Assembly: GCA_964016885.1 (NCBI GenBank)
Contig: OZ024742.1
Coordinates: 47,926,001 to 47,990,000 of the forward strand
DNA length: 64,000 bases
DNA from: Eledone cirrhosa
Lineage: Eukaryota
Reading direction: 5' to 3'
The notes below the pieces were generated by a model. The model saw only the letters and a list, made by a program, of their open reading frames with translations. It searched no databases and had not been told where the DNA came from. This document shows, one piece after another, positions 46,790 through 60,051 of the stretch; position 1 is the first letter of the stretch, and every line of letters begins with the position of its first letter. Position numbers and translations under genes: made by a program.

Positions 46790-46972
46790 AATTGGCGGAA
46801 TCGGTTGAGGATCGGAAACAAAGCTTTCCAGAATAGTTACGTCTCTTTACGGCCTGAGTTCAAATCACATCGAGGTAAACTTTGCCTTTCATCCTTACGG
46901 GGTCGATAAAATAAAGTAGCAGCAATGAACTGGGATAATGGCTGGCCTTGTGGCAAAAATAGAAACAATTAT
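46790..46972 (+). mobile_element. tRNA-derived SINE with Meta-type domain
   Basis: gagttcaaatc..aactttgcctttcatccttacggggtcgataaaataaag..ctggccttgtg. Confidence 0.8.
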
Positions 46973-47135
46973 ATTTATTAGTGTTTTGGTTCTGTAACCA
47001 TTATATTAAATGAGTTTTTAAAAAAAAGAGTTAATCAATAAATGAAACGTTATACTTGTTTTACCCTCCCGTTTCCAATTCACCGAACGCTATCATGTCT
47101 GTATGTATGTGTTTGTGTAAATGTATGTGTGGGAA

Positions 47136-47462
47136 TTGATATTATACGCAACTATATATGCATGTAGATATGATACATAAAATAAAATCGTAATTGACAA
47201 TATACACAGAAATTGAACGAAGACGGTGTAACACTCTCTTATGTAATCAGTAACGTAATCCATGATACATTAAAAAAAGACGATATTATATATCTGCTAG
47301 CATGTGTAGTGTGTATATTGATATTATACGCAAGTATATATGCATGTATATATGATTAAATAAAATCGTAATGGACAATATACACATAAATTGAACGAGG
47401 GCTGTCTTATGTAATCAGTAACGTAATCCATGATACATTAAAATAAGACGATATTATATATC
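47136..47462. repeat. Imperfect tandem duplication, unit ~180 bp
   Basis: ttgatattatacgcaa..cttatgtaatcagtaacgtaatccatgatacattaaaa occurs twice. Confidence 0.85.
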
Positions 47463-48581
47463 AACTGCATTAGGAGAAAATTAGTGTCAGAAATATATGA
47501 ATATTTATTTAAACGATCGCTAACCGGAAGTGTTGACGTTTGAACATTTTAAAGAAATGAATCTTTAAATAAGAAATAAAATATATTTAATGAACAGCCA
47601 CTAAATTTAGTAAAACAATTATGTAATATTCATTCATTATTTATTCAAAGTAATCCAACGTATACTAACTGAATTAAAAGAAATAAACCGTACGCTGTCC
47701 CGCAGATCCTACTTTATTATAGTTTAGATATATACATACATACGTATATACACATACTAACACACGCACACACACACATGCACACGCACACACACGTGCA
47801 TATATATATATATATGACAGAGAAAGACATTTATTTCGTCACTAATATACAGAACATCGCTAGGAAAATTAGCTAACGTATCTAAACCAGAAACGCATAT
47901 AAATATAGTTTAACTCATGCCAGAATCTCCATATTAGGCGCTAAACTAATACAAGATAATTTCGTTCACCTTTTACACCTAACAGCAGTTTCTGGAATTA
48001 AGATTCAATATTAATCATCTTAAGGAAATCAACATTGAAAGAAAGTTTCGTCATCAGAAGCGTTCTTCGGAAATAGAAAATAATTGTTTCTTGTTTTGGC
48101 ACAAGGGCAGCAATTAACTCAGCGCATTATTTGTGCTTGAATTTATCGATCCCGTAAGGATGGAAGTCAATGTTAACCTCGCAGAAAACAATATTCATGA
48201 GATAGTGAACGGATTCATCTTTATCAAAATAGCATGCTTCGCCCAGTTCCACGCGTTTATATTTCGACCACTACATGAATATCGGTATATCAATGACAAA
48301 ATGATATATTCATTACGATGTTTGAAATGACAGCCATAAAACCTGTCCATATCAAATCAAAGAGAAAGGAGTATTAAATAATATAGAGAAAAAGAAATTA
48401 TTTTTTTCACTAGCAAAGCCCTGTGCTGAAGGCATTGTGTTCCAATATTGGTTATCTTAATTTATTAAGATAATTAATATTGGTTCTTACTTCCAGTCAC
48501 TGGAGTTCAGCGTAAGATGTGAGCGAAACCATCTTGTATTAGTTAGTTCGTCTTGTACCCTCTTATGAATATTTTAGCATG

Positions 48582-48682
<101 letters not shown>

Positions 48683-48829
48683 TATAGATAAATCCACCAA
48701 TTAATGGTAGGGTCTAAACCGTACGAAGAACCCAATATAATCCGTATGTAGAAGATGTCGTGAAGCAAAGTTTAAAATAAAAAATTTTCAACGATATAAT
48801 TCATTGGATACAGAGTCAAAAATAGAAAT

Positions 48830-50196
48830 ATTAAAACAATGAAATTAAACAAATAAACGGTTAATTCATAGTAAAACACATTATTTTACGATCGTTTTTT
48901 TGGGGGGAGGGGGCGGGCTAGTTCCCCGTATGTCCATTCTATTATTGATTTATGTAAAATATATTACAAAATAGTAAGAAAATATACACCCGTCATCACA
49001 ACCCGGTATAACATGGTGGTAACGCTCCATTCAACTTGCAAACTGTGCCAAATGCCTAAAACATTTTTTACAATTCTCGATAAGCATTTCCCACCTAACC
49101 ACAAATACCATCAAATCTTAAACAGAAATACAGTAAATTTTTCTTATCAAGCAATATACAACAAAAAGTAAGTGCATATAACATCTATAAATGTAAAAAA
49201 GCTCCATGTATGCCACACACAATAGCACACCACACACAAGACATCTATGGTAATACTACAACGCGTAACCAGAATATTACTACATACCCACCTGCTACAC
49301 CCACTCACTCACCTTACCAACACAATACAGCAGCCTACAACCAACTACCATCTTCCTCATAATAGGGACAAGAATTACATACCCAATCTAACCAATAGCT
49401 TCCAAAACAACCATGATTCTATAAACGCTATATCCAGTAAAATTTCAACAACTAACAACCTTTCGGGCCATGACCACCCAGCCGTAAACCCTTCTCTCCC
49501 ATATAAAAAGGTAAACACAAATACTAGCACTATTATTGAGAATAACGATAGCACATTTGAAACCCTGTATGCAAACGGTTGTAATTGTAGAATAAAAGAT
49601 AATTGCCTCTTAAATGGAAATTGCTTAATTAATAATATAGTGTATAAATGTGTAATCACCACTAAGGACTCTAATCAATCCTATATTGGATCCACTTCTA
49701 ATCCGTTTAAATCGACATTTTATACACACACCCACAGTTTCCGAAACACAAAATTAGCTAATACCACTTTAGCAGAAGCAGTTAATAATTGTAAAAAGAG
49801 GAATATTAAATATAACCTAACTTAAGAGAGCTATTTCTTATGAGGGCAATAGAAGGGAGTGTGGACTGTGTTCCCAAGAAATGTTTGAAATTACTAAATC
49901 GAAGGAGACTCTATTAAATAAAATACAAGAATTAATTATAGTATGTAGCCATAAAATTAGAAGGACATTCAAATATTGTAAATACAACTAAACAAATATA
50001 GAAAATGATATACGAGAAAAAAATGTGTGAGTATTTGTGTGTGTGAATATGTATATGTGTGTGTATATGCATGTGTATGCATAAGTGTATGCCTCTATAT
50101 ATACATGTGTGTGCGTTACATCTATATGTGTGTGTGTGCGTGTATATATATGTGTATGTATGTGTATGTATATACGTGTGTGTATATATATATGCG

Positions 50197-50235
<39 letters not shown>

Positions 50236-51145
50236 TGCTATTAGAATTAATCCATGGATTAAATCCTATATCTCATCCCTATAACTGTTTTAAGTAATTA
50301 ACTATAATTTAGCACTATATATTACATTATTTTCAATAATCTAACGACAATGTTTAATTGATATCCATTTAAACCTCCTTTTAACAAACAAAAAAACAGA
50401 TTATTAATGTGGATTCTCATTCGAAAATATAATTCCCTATAGGGAAAACTTCCTTCTAACCACTCTAACACAATACAATACTTACACAAACTTTAGTATT
50501 TTCTTACCTGTATAATATTTTATCTACATTTTATCTAAATATTACTTCCATTTGTTCCATTTATATTCCTCTAATTATTATTATATATTTTTAGAACAAA
50601 TTATTCCTCTCAACAAAGAAATAACAAACATTTAAAGATTATTCTATACCATTCTACTAGATGTAACACACTAATCTCAGTACCCTTTTCCTCCAACTGT
50701 AATCTTCTTTGACCATCAACACTTTGATATACAATATGTCTAAATTCATTTACACTAGCAACTTTCATTCTTTTCTTAGAAGTCATTTGATACCTCATCC
50801 CCTGACGGCATATTTATTCATCTACTACTACCAACTTAAGGATCTATACTGCCCGTCCTATCCTTGCTATTGGTCAACCTCAACCTGGTTTATAAAACGT
50901 GAATTATTCAAATATATGTTTTTTTTGTATTCTTCAATAAACAAAACTCATTATTTTTGAAGACGGCGGGTAGTGAAGACCTATGAATATTTTCTTACTG
51001 TGATATTTTGTAATATATTTTACATAGATCAATAATAGAATGGACATACGAGGAAATACCCCCCCCCCCCCAGAAACGATCGTAAAATAATGTGGTTTAC
51101 TATGAATTAACCGTTATTTGTTTAATTTCATTCTTTTAATATTTC
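48830..51145 (+). mobile_element. 5'-truncated, decayed Naiad-type PLE with inverted 5' pseudo-LTR
   Basis: KHFPPNHKYHQILNRNTV..CNCRIKDNCLLNGNCLINNIVYKC..YIGST..CGLC..E..CSH. ~48830-48990 mirrors ~50990-51145. Confidence 0.85.
50951..51090 (+). ncRNA. HHR motif with ~110-nt stem II region
   Basis: ttattt-TTGAAGA-cggcggg..ccccca-GAAA-CGATCG-TA-aaataa. Perfect 6-bp stem I and palindromic stem III. Confidence 0.6.
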
Positions 51146-51214
51146 TATATATATATCGAATGCTGAGAAGTGACACATGAATTGATATATATTAGCAAAA
51201 TAAGCTAAACTATC

Positions 51215-51612
51215 GAAAATGCCAAATACATTTTCTCATAGAATAACAACACAAGATTTCTTTACAAACGTGGATTGTATCGTACCGGTTTCAGTCAAAT
51301 GCTGTAGGCTTCTTTATTTAACAGAAATGTATAATGAAATTTATAATGGAATGAAGGTGTATAGTAATAAGTATATGTTGTAAGAGAACATGGTCTACGT
51401 ACATATAGATATATAAATAAGTATGTAGACCATGTGCTCTTATAGCATATTTTTTATTATTATACACCATAAATCCATTATAAGTTTGATCATACATTTC
51501 TGTAGCATGAAGAAGCCTACAACATTTCGCTGAAACTGTACGATAAATTCCTTGTTTGTAAATAAATTTTTGCTGTTGTTCTATGAGAAAATCGCATTGG
51601 TATTTTCGACTT
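51215..51612. repeat. Diverged fold-back element with ~185-bp arms
   Basis: ttctcatagaa..tgtaggcttctt..catggtctac mirrors gtagaccatg..aagaagcctaca..ttctatgagaa. Confidence 0.75.
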
Positions 51613-51704
51613 TTTCTTATCTTATATATATATATATAAGTTACTAGATATAAATGTTACTAGATATAAATTCCTTATATAAAAGTATATATATATATAT
51701 ATAT

Positions 51705-51855
51705 ATAGGAACCAGTAAGACCCCGACAGCTGAGCTCAAGCCGTTTCGACGGCTAATTCTGGACTAAAAAGAAAAAAAATTTTTTTTTTTTTTAGTCCAG
51801 AATTAGCCGTCGAAACGGCTTGAGCTCAGCTGTCGGGGTCCAACTGGTTCCTATT
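51705..51855. repeat. Hairpin with ~60-bp arms around an A-run/T-run centre; single arm repeated at 56443-56506
   Basis: ggaaccagt..gaccccgacagctgagctcaagccgtttcgacggctaattctggact and its reverse complement. Confidence 0.9.
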
Positions 51856-51997
51856 ACCCACTCTACTACCTCAAGTATTGAGTACTTTGGTGCGTCGAAA
51901 GTGGTTTTTCATTACATCTCTTCTTTCCATGATATCCGGAATACATTGAGTTCTTCATACGGATTGGACACTACCGTAAACTCTTGGTAGATTTATC

Positions 51998-52030
<33 letters not shown>

Positions 52031-52033
<3 letters not shown>

Positions 52034-52308
52034 TATATATATGTACATATCGTCAGCTCAAAAGTGACATAGAGGAGACTGAGGTTAGCTGGACATGCTC
52101 ACCGACATCCAGAGTTGACATTGCACTCAGTGCTCCTTTGGGAGCCCCTACATGGGCACACTAGAAGAGGAAGATCAAGGTTAACGTATGTTGATGCCCT
52201 AAGGACAGAGACTGGTCTATTGGAGACGCAGGAGATGGCAGCGATAATGAGGGACAGAGACCGCTGGAGAGAACTCGTCCATGGATCTCGGTAATTTTAC
52301 CCGCCTTA
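52031..52308 (+). mobile_element. RTE-type LINE 3' end, same family as 12590-12764
   Basis: RRLRLAGHAHRHPE..LLWEPLHGHTRRGR.., near-identical to 12590-12760. Ends ccgcctta-(TA)n. Confidence 0.88.
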
Positions 52309-52319
52309 TATATATATAG

Positions 52320-55300
52320 TAATAATAATAATAATAATAATACATTTGAAGACTAAAATCCAAAGAGGGCTCGATAAGGATAAATATATATCAAATATAT
52401 AAGAACCATACAGCAAATATTTATTAAAATAACAGATTAAAGTTTAAGCAAATAATCACTAATTTCACCCTTAACGGTATCTTCTGAAACTAACAAAGTC
52501 AATCTGTAAACGCAGAAGTGGATATTTCAAAAAACGTTGCAACCGGAGAAAGACAGGAAGACGATACTTTGGTTTGTGGAAACGTTCCCTGGCAAAGAAC
52601 GGGAAAAGACGAATATAATACGTCATAAATAGGAGCGGTGAAAAAACAATTACGCGCAAAGACAGAACCACGTTTATGGTATAAAAGAGTACGTAGACTA
52701 ATGTTCTCTTAGGTGGTTCATAGAGACGTTCTCTGGCAATTAACGAAAAAAATGAAGATAGTACGTCATATGTGGAGCGTGGAGAACAATTGCACGCAAT
52801 GACAAAACCAGGTAAATGGTATAGCAGAAGTCGTAGACTAAAATTCTAACTAGGAGACCGAATGAATCTCCGCATCATAGTTAAGAACAAAGTATTTTAA
52901 TAAATATTTGCTCTACGGTTCTTATATATTTGATATATATTTATCCTTATCGACCCCTCTTTGGATTTTAGTCTTCAAATTTATTATTATTACTATAAGG
53001 CTCCCTCGTTTCAGCACTCTATTGACTTATATTCATCCTGCAGAAACAACATCTGAATATTTCTACAAAAACATAGCCGTACCAAGAAGGAAATCATACC
53101 TAAAACTCCTGATACAGGAAACAGACGCGTTCATTAAAAGGTTGCTTTGGCGTGTCTTTTATTTCGATTAATCTGCGAAAAGTAGACAACAAACAGGATA
53201 AATTTGGGTTTAAACCCTATAATAACCCCCCGTGTAACCCAGCATTGCTACCCTTCGAAAATGATGTCTTGGAACTAATACGGAGTATCAAATTTCGGAA
53301 TAGGAGCAATTCCTTCCAGGGGGACGTGCAGAATAGAATTCGTTCTATTAAGGATTCTAATGCTGTGCACGTCCATTCCGACAAAACTGGCACTCTATAT
53401 CAAGTGGAGCACAGTACTTACCATTAACTGCTACATAATGCTGTAACTAAGGATTACCGTAAAACTAATCGGTGCGTCATTAATGAAATCAACGATGCTG
53501 GGTTTAAGATCACATCTGATCTCAAAATCCTGGACCGGACCGAACCTCTGGACCCTATTTCTACCCACTTTACCCTGAAGGATCACAAATCCAATTTTCC
53601 GAACAACCCCTCTATTCGGCTTATAAGCCCTACGAAGTCCGATTTAGGTAGACTTAGTAAAACGATTCTTGATAGAATTATACCTGAAATTAGAAGTTTG
53701 GTCCCTTTTGCACTGTGGAACAATTCTTTCGCGGTGATTGATTGGGTCAACGGCATATGTAACAAGGAACATTTCCGTTTTATCCAATTCGACATCAATA
53801 ATTACTACTCCTCCATCACTTTACCACTTCTCCTTAAAGCTATCAATTTCGCTAAAACACTCATAGTGGTTAAGGATTTCGAAATTGATGTCATCCTCAA
53901 TGCCCGTAAGTCGGTGATTCATTTCGACGACTCTATTTGGATAAAAAAATCCAATAGTACCCCATTCGACGTGAGTATGCGCGCCATCGATTCTGCGGAG
54001 GTTACTTATCTTATCGGCCTTTCACTTCTTTTCTCTATCAAAGACGAATTCCCCAACGCGGGCGGTGGTTTGTACCGTGATGATGGCCTTTTGACCATGA
54101 CTAAGTGCGGACCTCGTGCTTGCGACAGGTTCATAAAAGAACTCACAGCATTTTTAAAGTCTTCAACCTCTCTATACAGGTTGAGGCCAATCTCTCGGTC
54201 GTTAATTACCTCGACGTTACCCTCAATTTATAGAATGGGTTGTATTACCCGTTAGAAAGCCGAATGATACGCTTAATTACATAAGTAAGCATTCCAACCA
54301 TCCTGCCAGCATAACCAAGAACCTGGTAAGAAACGTTTCGTTGAGGCTTTCCCGTCTATCTACTAACGAGCATATTTTCAACGACCATTCCACTTATTAC
54401 AATGAAGCTCTTGCTCGGAGTGGATTTGTCGATAAGGTAGCATATACAGAGTACGAAAATAGACCTAGAAGAAATAGAGCCCGTCGCATTTGTTGGTATA
54501 ACCGACCATATAATATGGAGGTGGCCACACCATTAGCTAAGATCTTTCTTTCCCATTTTACGAAGCATTTTCCCCCTACACATAAATATAGTAACATTTT
54601 TAATAGAAAAACTATTAAAATTTCTTACTCTACAACTTCTAACCTTGCACATAACATCACAGCTTCAAATTTAGCTGAACTACCTAGCCGTAGGAACACG
54701 TGCAACCCTGTAGTTAGTACTAACTTTAATCGTAGGAATCGGGTTGATTGACCCCTATCCGGGAAATGACTCTCTAGTAACATTGTCTACAAATGTAAGG
54801 TTGAAACACCCACGTCCCGTAGGGCCTACATAAGGTTAACCGCTAAGAGATTCAAGCAGCGTCTTTACATGCATACCCATTCTTTTCGTTACCCTCTAAG
54901 AAGGAATATGACGTCACTTTCAGCTTATATCTGGAGTCTAAAAGACAACCACACCCAATATAATTTGCACTGGTCGATCCTAGCTGGGGCTAGATCGTAT
55001 AACGGAAATAAAATACCATGTTACCTCTGCGCCGCCGAGGCCCTGGAAATACTCTACGCCACAGACGACATCTTAAACAAAAAATTTGAGGCAATTTCGG
55101 CTTGTAAATATAAATTCCACAAAACCTTCCTGTATTACAGCCGCACGTTATACCCTAACGGATAGTACGATCTATACGTGGATATTTTACGTCTTGATGT
55201 GGTAGCTAAGTATATGTTTTGTTTATACCATTACTTATTTGCATAGGTAAGTATATATTACCTGTATGTTTTGTGAAGGTACGTATACCTTCTCGTACGT

Positions 55301-56161
55301 ATATTTGATTGTATATGTTATGGCGTATAATTTTATATATTTTGGTACATATGGTTTGGTTATGTGTATACGGGAGTTTTGCGTCTGTGTGAGTATGTAG
55401 GTTCGTACGTATGTAGGGTGTGTGTATATGTGTACTTCATGTTTTGGTTGACTTACGTCTCCGAACATTTGTGAATTTACATGCAGGTATGTGTGTGCGC
55501 TTGTTATATACGTATTTATTTATGTACGTTTATTTAATTATTTATTTATTTGTATACACTCATACGCACATACACATATTTATATGTGCGTGGTTTTGCA
55601 TACCTATTGTAAGTGTTTTCGCGTATGCTTGTGTATGTACGTATTTGTATGCGTGTATGTATTTATTAAATTTCTATTACCTCTGTATTGTATTTATTTA
55701 CTTTGTTCTTAACTCTGAAGCGGAAATTCATTCGGTCTCCTAGTTAGAATTTTAGTCTACGACTTCTGCTATACCATTTACCTGGTTTTGTCTTCGCGTG
55801 CAATTGTTCTCCGCGCTCCACATATGACGTACTATCTTCGTTTTTTTCGTTCATTGCCAGAGAACGTCTCTATGAACCACCTAAGAGAACATTAGTCTAC
55901 GTACTCTTTTATACCATAAACGTGGTTCTGTCTTTGCCCGTAATTGTTTTTACCCCTCCTATTTATGACGTATTATATTCGTTTTTTCCCGTTCTTTGCC
56001 AGGGAACGTTTCCATGAACCAAAATATCGTCTCCCTGTCTTCCTTCGGTTGCAACATCTTTTGAAATATCCACTTCTGTGTTTACAGATTGACTTTGTTA
56101 GTTTCAGAAGATCCCATTAATGGTAAAAGCAGCGATTCTTTGCCTAAACTTTAATCTGTTA

Positions 56162-56166
<5 letters not shown>
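52320..56166 (+). mobile_element. Full-length, decayed Naiad-type PLE with inverted 5' pseudo-LTR
   Basis: ~52420-52890 mirrors ~55700-56166, and ~52320-52420 mirrors the leader at ~52900-52997. The ORF lies between them. Confidence 0.9.
53055..55165 (+). pseudogene. Naiad RT + GIY-YIG ORF with stops and frameshifts
   Basis: YKNIAVP..FIKRLLW, HSDKT, TLKDHK..RLISPTKSDLG..SKTILD, FDINNYY, LYRDDGL, YLDVTL, SNHP, WYNRPY, *PLSGK*L..IVYKC, CYLCAAE. Confidence 0.92.
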
Positions 56167-56205
<39 letters not shown>

Positions 56206-56226
56206 AATATATATATATATATATAT

Positions 56227-56259
<33 letters not shown>

Positions 56260-56273
56260 AATATATATACATA

Positions 56274-56445
<172 letters not shown>

Positions 56446-56506
56446 ATAGGAACCAGTAAGACCCCGACAGCTGAGCTCAAGCCGTTTCGACGGCTAATTC
56501 TGGACG

Positions 56507-56557
<51 letters not shown>

Positions 56558-56581
56558 TGTATATATATATATATATATACA

Positions 56582-56645
<64 letters not shown>

Positions 56646-57183
56646 GTTCAAGAGTAACTAATCTTAAAGAGAGAAATAGAGATAGGAGAAGAGAGATTGG
56701 TGAATCAGTTAGAAGCCAAAGCGTAAAGGAATGTGCTCAATGTGCAATATGCAGTAGAAAGCAGCTAGGTGGCTGGGTTCATGCAGAAGTTAGGCGCGCA
56801 GAGCTGGTTACCCATAGGCAGATCTCACAGAATGCAGCCTCGAGAGATGAATACTACTTGATTATGACTGAGAATTGATACAACCAGAACACCATAGTGA
56901 AATACCAATATATGGAACATTACATTATGTAACATTCTCTCTTTATTTTAATTTATATTTTTTGAAGTTCCGATGAGCCGCTCTGTTATTAAATATGTTA
57001 GTTATTTTCAACTGAACCAAATGAATAATGATATATAAAAGTAGAAACAATTATTATTATTAATATTATTATTATTATTATCCACATTCCTTACATTAAA
57101 CTAAAATATGTTGACAATATTTTAATAATATCTTCCTTGTGAAATTTGTGGTCTTGTATTGCTTAACTAAAGAATATATATAT

Positions 57184-57254
<71 letters not shown>

Positions 57255-57255
<1 letters not shown>

Positions 57256-58505
57256 GAGATCAAATGATGGTTAAAAGCGTTCCATGTATTTTATTATGCG
57301 CATTTCAAAAACAAATATCTTCATGCAATACCATTTGCGTTTTCGTCAGATAAAATAGGGAGGCATGATATGAGGGTTAAAACACACTTGTGAATAGTGC
57401 AGTTTTAAATCAACATATGAGAAGTAGTTTTAGATTGATGTGTGATATTGGGAACATTTTTTTGGGGGGGTGGAGTATGAAAAAGAGGAGGAGATGAGAG
57501 TAAAAAGTGGAGGGGGAGGGGTATAATGAGGAAGGATGAGATAGGAGGAGAGATGGGTGATAGAGAGAGAGAGAGAGATAGCTTTTATAACTGAGAAAAA
57601 ATATATTGTTTTACATAGAGAGGGTGAAAAACCGTTGGAAGATAATATATAAATTAAAAGAATTTGAAAATTAAAGAAGAGAAAAATAATGTTAAGTTAA
57701 GGTTTGTATATTGAAGGGTTTAATAATATGTGCGAGGAAAAGAAATTGTTAATATGTATTAAGAATAATATTTAAGGGTTTAATAATATGTGCGATGGAA
57801 AGAAATTGTTGATATGTATTATTAAAAAAATATAAAAATATAGCAATAGTAATGTAAGTAAGGATATATTGTCAAGGAAGTAGAAGATTGGATGAATAAG
57901 TTAGATGAGCATGAAAGGGAGAAAAGAATAATGAATTGAGGATGAATAATCTAACGTCAAAAAATGTTTATGTTTACGAAGGATTTTTTTCGAGTTGATA
58001 TAAAGTAAGAATATATTGTGCTGTGTAATAATTGTTTCTACGTTAGGCACAATGATAATTGAGAAGTATCTAGGAAGAAAGGTACAGATTAGGGGTTAGA
58101 AATTAAAAAAAAAAGAAAAGAAAAAAAGAAAAGAAAAGGAAAAAGGAAAGAAAGGGAAGTGATAAATATGAGTGATATAGAATGAGTAACTAGTATTATA
58201 TAATGTATAATAAATAACTTTGAAATAAGGTAGAAAGATGGGTATATTTTTAAAGAAATATATATGTACATATATTTGAGAAAAGGATTAAAGAAAACAT
58301 TTTTTTTTCCCAATATCACACATCAATCTAAAACTACTTTTCATATGTTGATTTAAAACTGCACTATTCACAAGTGTGTTTTAACCCTCATATCATGTCT
58401 CCCTATTTTATCTGACGAAAACGCAAATGTTATTGCATGATGATATTTGTTTTTGAAATGCGCATAATAAAATACATGGAACTCTTTTAACCATCTTTTG
58501 ATCTT
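57255..58505. mobile_element. Non-coding fold-back: ~205-bp inverted repeats around a purine-rich spacer, probably a PLE 3' region
   Basis: ~57255-57460 mirrors ~58300-58505. The arm holds a degenerate ATGATGA..GAAA-TGCGCA-TA motif. Confidence 0.75.
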
Positions 58506-58600
58506 ATATATTATTTATACTCCAGTTCTCCAAACTGTGGAGTGCTTCTTATTCGATATCTGCATTGCTTTATTGTACTACAATAAAACTCACCTCCTAC

Positions 58601-58647
<47 letters not shown>

Positions 58648-58783
58648 TATGTCTGTTTCGAAACAGTGTGCAAGTTTGAAATTAGAAATAGAAGCTTTCA
58701 CCGTATTTTTGACTAAAGAAATTTTAGCCTGATAATGGCGTTTAGAACCCTCAGATAAATGGAAAAAGATGAGTATTGACGTA

Positions 58784-58838
<55 letters not shown>

Positions 58839-58884
58839 AAGTGTATATATGTGTGTGTGTATATGTATATATATATATATATAT

Positions 58885-58920
<36 letters not shown>

Positions 58921-59013
58921 GTTATGTAATAAAAAACATAAGGCAATTATTTCATTTACCTATATAGAGCACTCTTTTTCCTGGACCTTTCCGACGGATT
59001 TACTTCATTCACA

Positions 59014-59104
<91 letters not shown>

Positions 59105-59110
<6 letters not shown>

Positions 59111-59540
59111 ATACTAATAAAATATTTGAAGAATCAAATCTAAAGAGGGCTCGATAAGGATAAATATATATCATATACATGAAATATATGAGAACCCCTG
59201 AGCAAATATTTATTAAAACAACAGATTAAAGTTTAAGCAAAGAATCTCTGCTTTCACCCTTAACGGGATCTTCTGAAACTAAAAAAATCAATCTGTGAAC
59301 GCAGAAGTAAATATTTCTAAAAACATTGCCACCGAAGGAAAACAGGTAGACGATACTTTGGTTCGTGAAGACGTTCCCTGGCAATGAACGGAAAAAGGCG
59401 AATATAAAACGTCGTTATGTGGAATGTTGAGAACAATTACACGCAAAGAGACAACCACGTGTATGGTATAAATGAAGTCGTAGAATAATATTCTATTTAG
59501 GAAACCGAATGATTATCGGTTACAAAGTTAAAAATAATGT
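59105..59540 (-). mobile_element. Older pseudo-LTR fragment of the 52320-56166 Naiad family
   Basis: Aligns to 52320-52700 (aaagagggctcgataagga.., cttctgaaact.., gacgatactttggttcgtg). Confidence 0.8.
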
Positions 59541-59689
59541 AAATAAACTAGTAGAACGAAAATGCCAGGGGTTTTATTTAAATCAATAAATAGTAAATAA
59601 ATAAAAATTAAATATATACATACACGTTTCTAATTCCATATATATATATATATATATATGCAATTAGAAACTTTCTAATATAAATATAT

Positions 59690-59990
59690 ATATATTAGAA
59701 AGTGAGGTTTTTTTTACAAAATGAAAAATAACCGAGGTGTCCTACACGAATGAAAGTATAACGAAAAAAAGATGAAATCGAAAATGCAAATGCAGTCTTA
59801 TTTAAAAAAAATATATATATATTTATTTGGTTCCTTTACCGGTTTCGCATGTGAGAAACACCACAGACCCTCCATCTCAACTCTACTTTTGAAAAGCAGA
59901 AGAACTGCGAAACCGGTAAAGGAACCAAATAAATATATATATTTTTTTAAAAATAAGACTCCAGTTGCATTTTCGATTTCATCTTTTTTT

Positions 59991-59995
<5 letters not shown>
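59690..59995. mobile_element. Short fold-back element with U3-A8 HHR motif at 59889-59918; family copy at ~63050-63250
   Basis: ctt-TTGAAAA-gcag-aagaa-ctgc-GAAA-CCGG-TA-aag. ~59765-59849 mirrors ~59905-59990. The same motif is on minus at 63180-63209. Confidence 0.8.

Positions 59996-60051
<56 letters not shown>

Noticed and set aside
55190-55235. Possible SECIS just 3' of the Naiad stop (TGA..AA..tacca)
   Set aside because: Lacks the RUGA/GA quartet and the pairing is weak in the sister copy near 22110-22160.
56105-56140. CAGAAGA..GAAA hammerhead-like string in the 53-kb family pseudo-LTR (also ~21225 and ~59250)
   Set aside because: U4 is altered and no NUH triplet or stem I is evident. 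Too degenerate to call.
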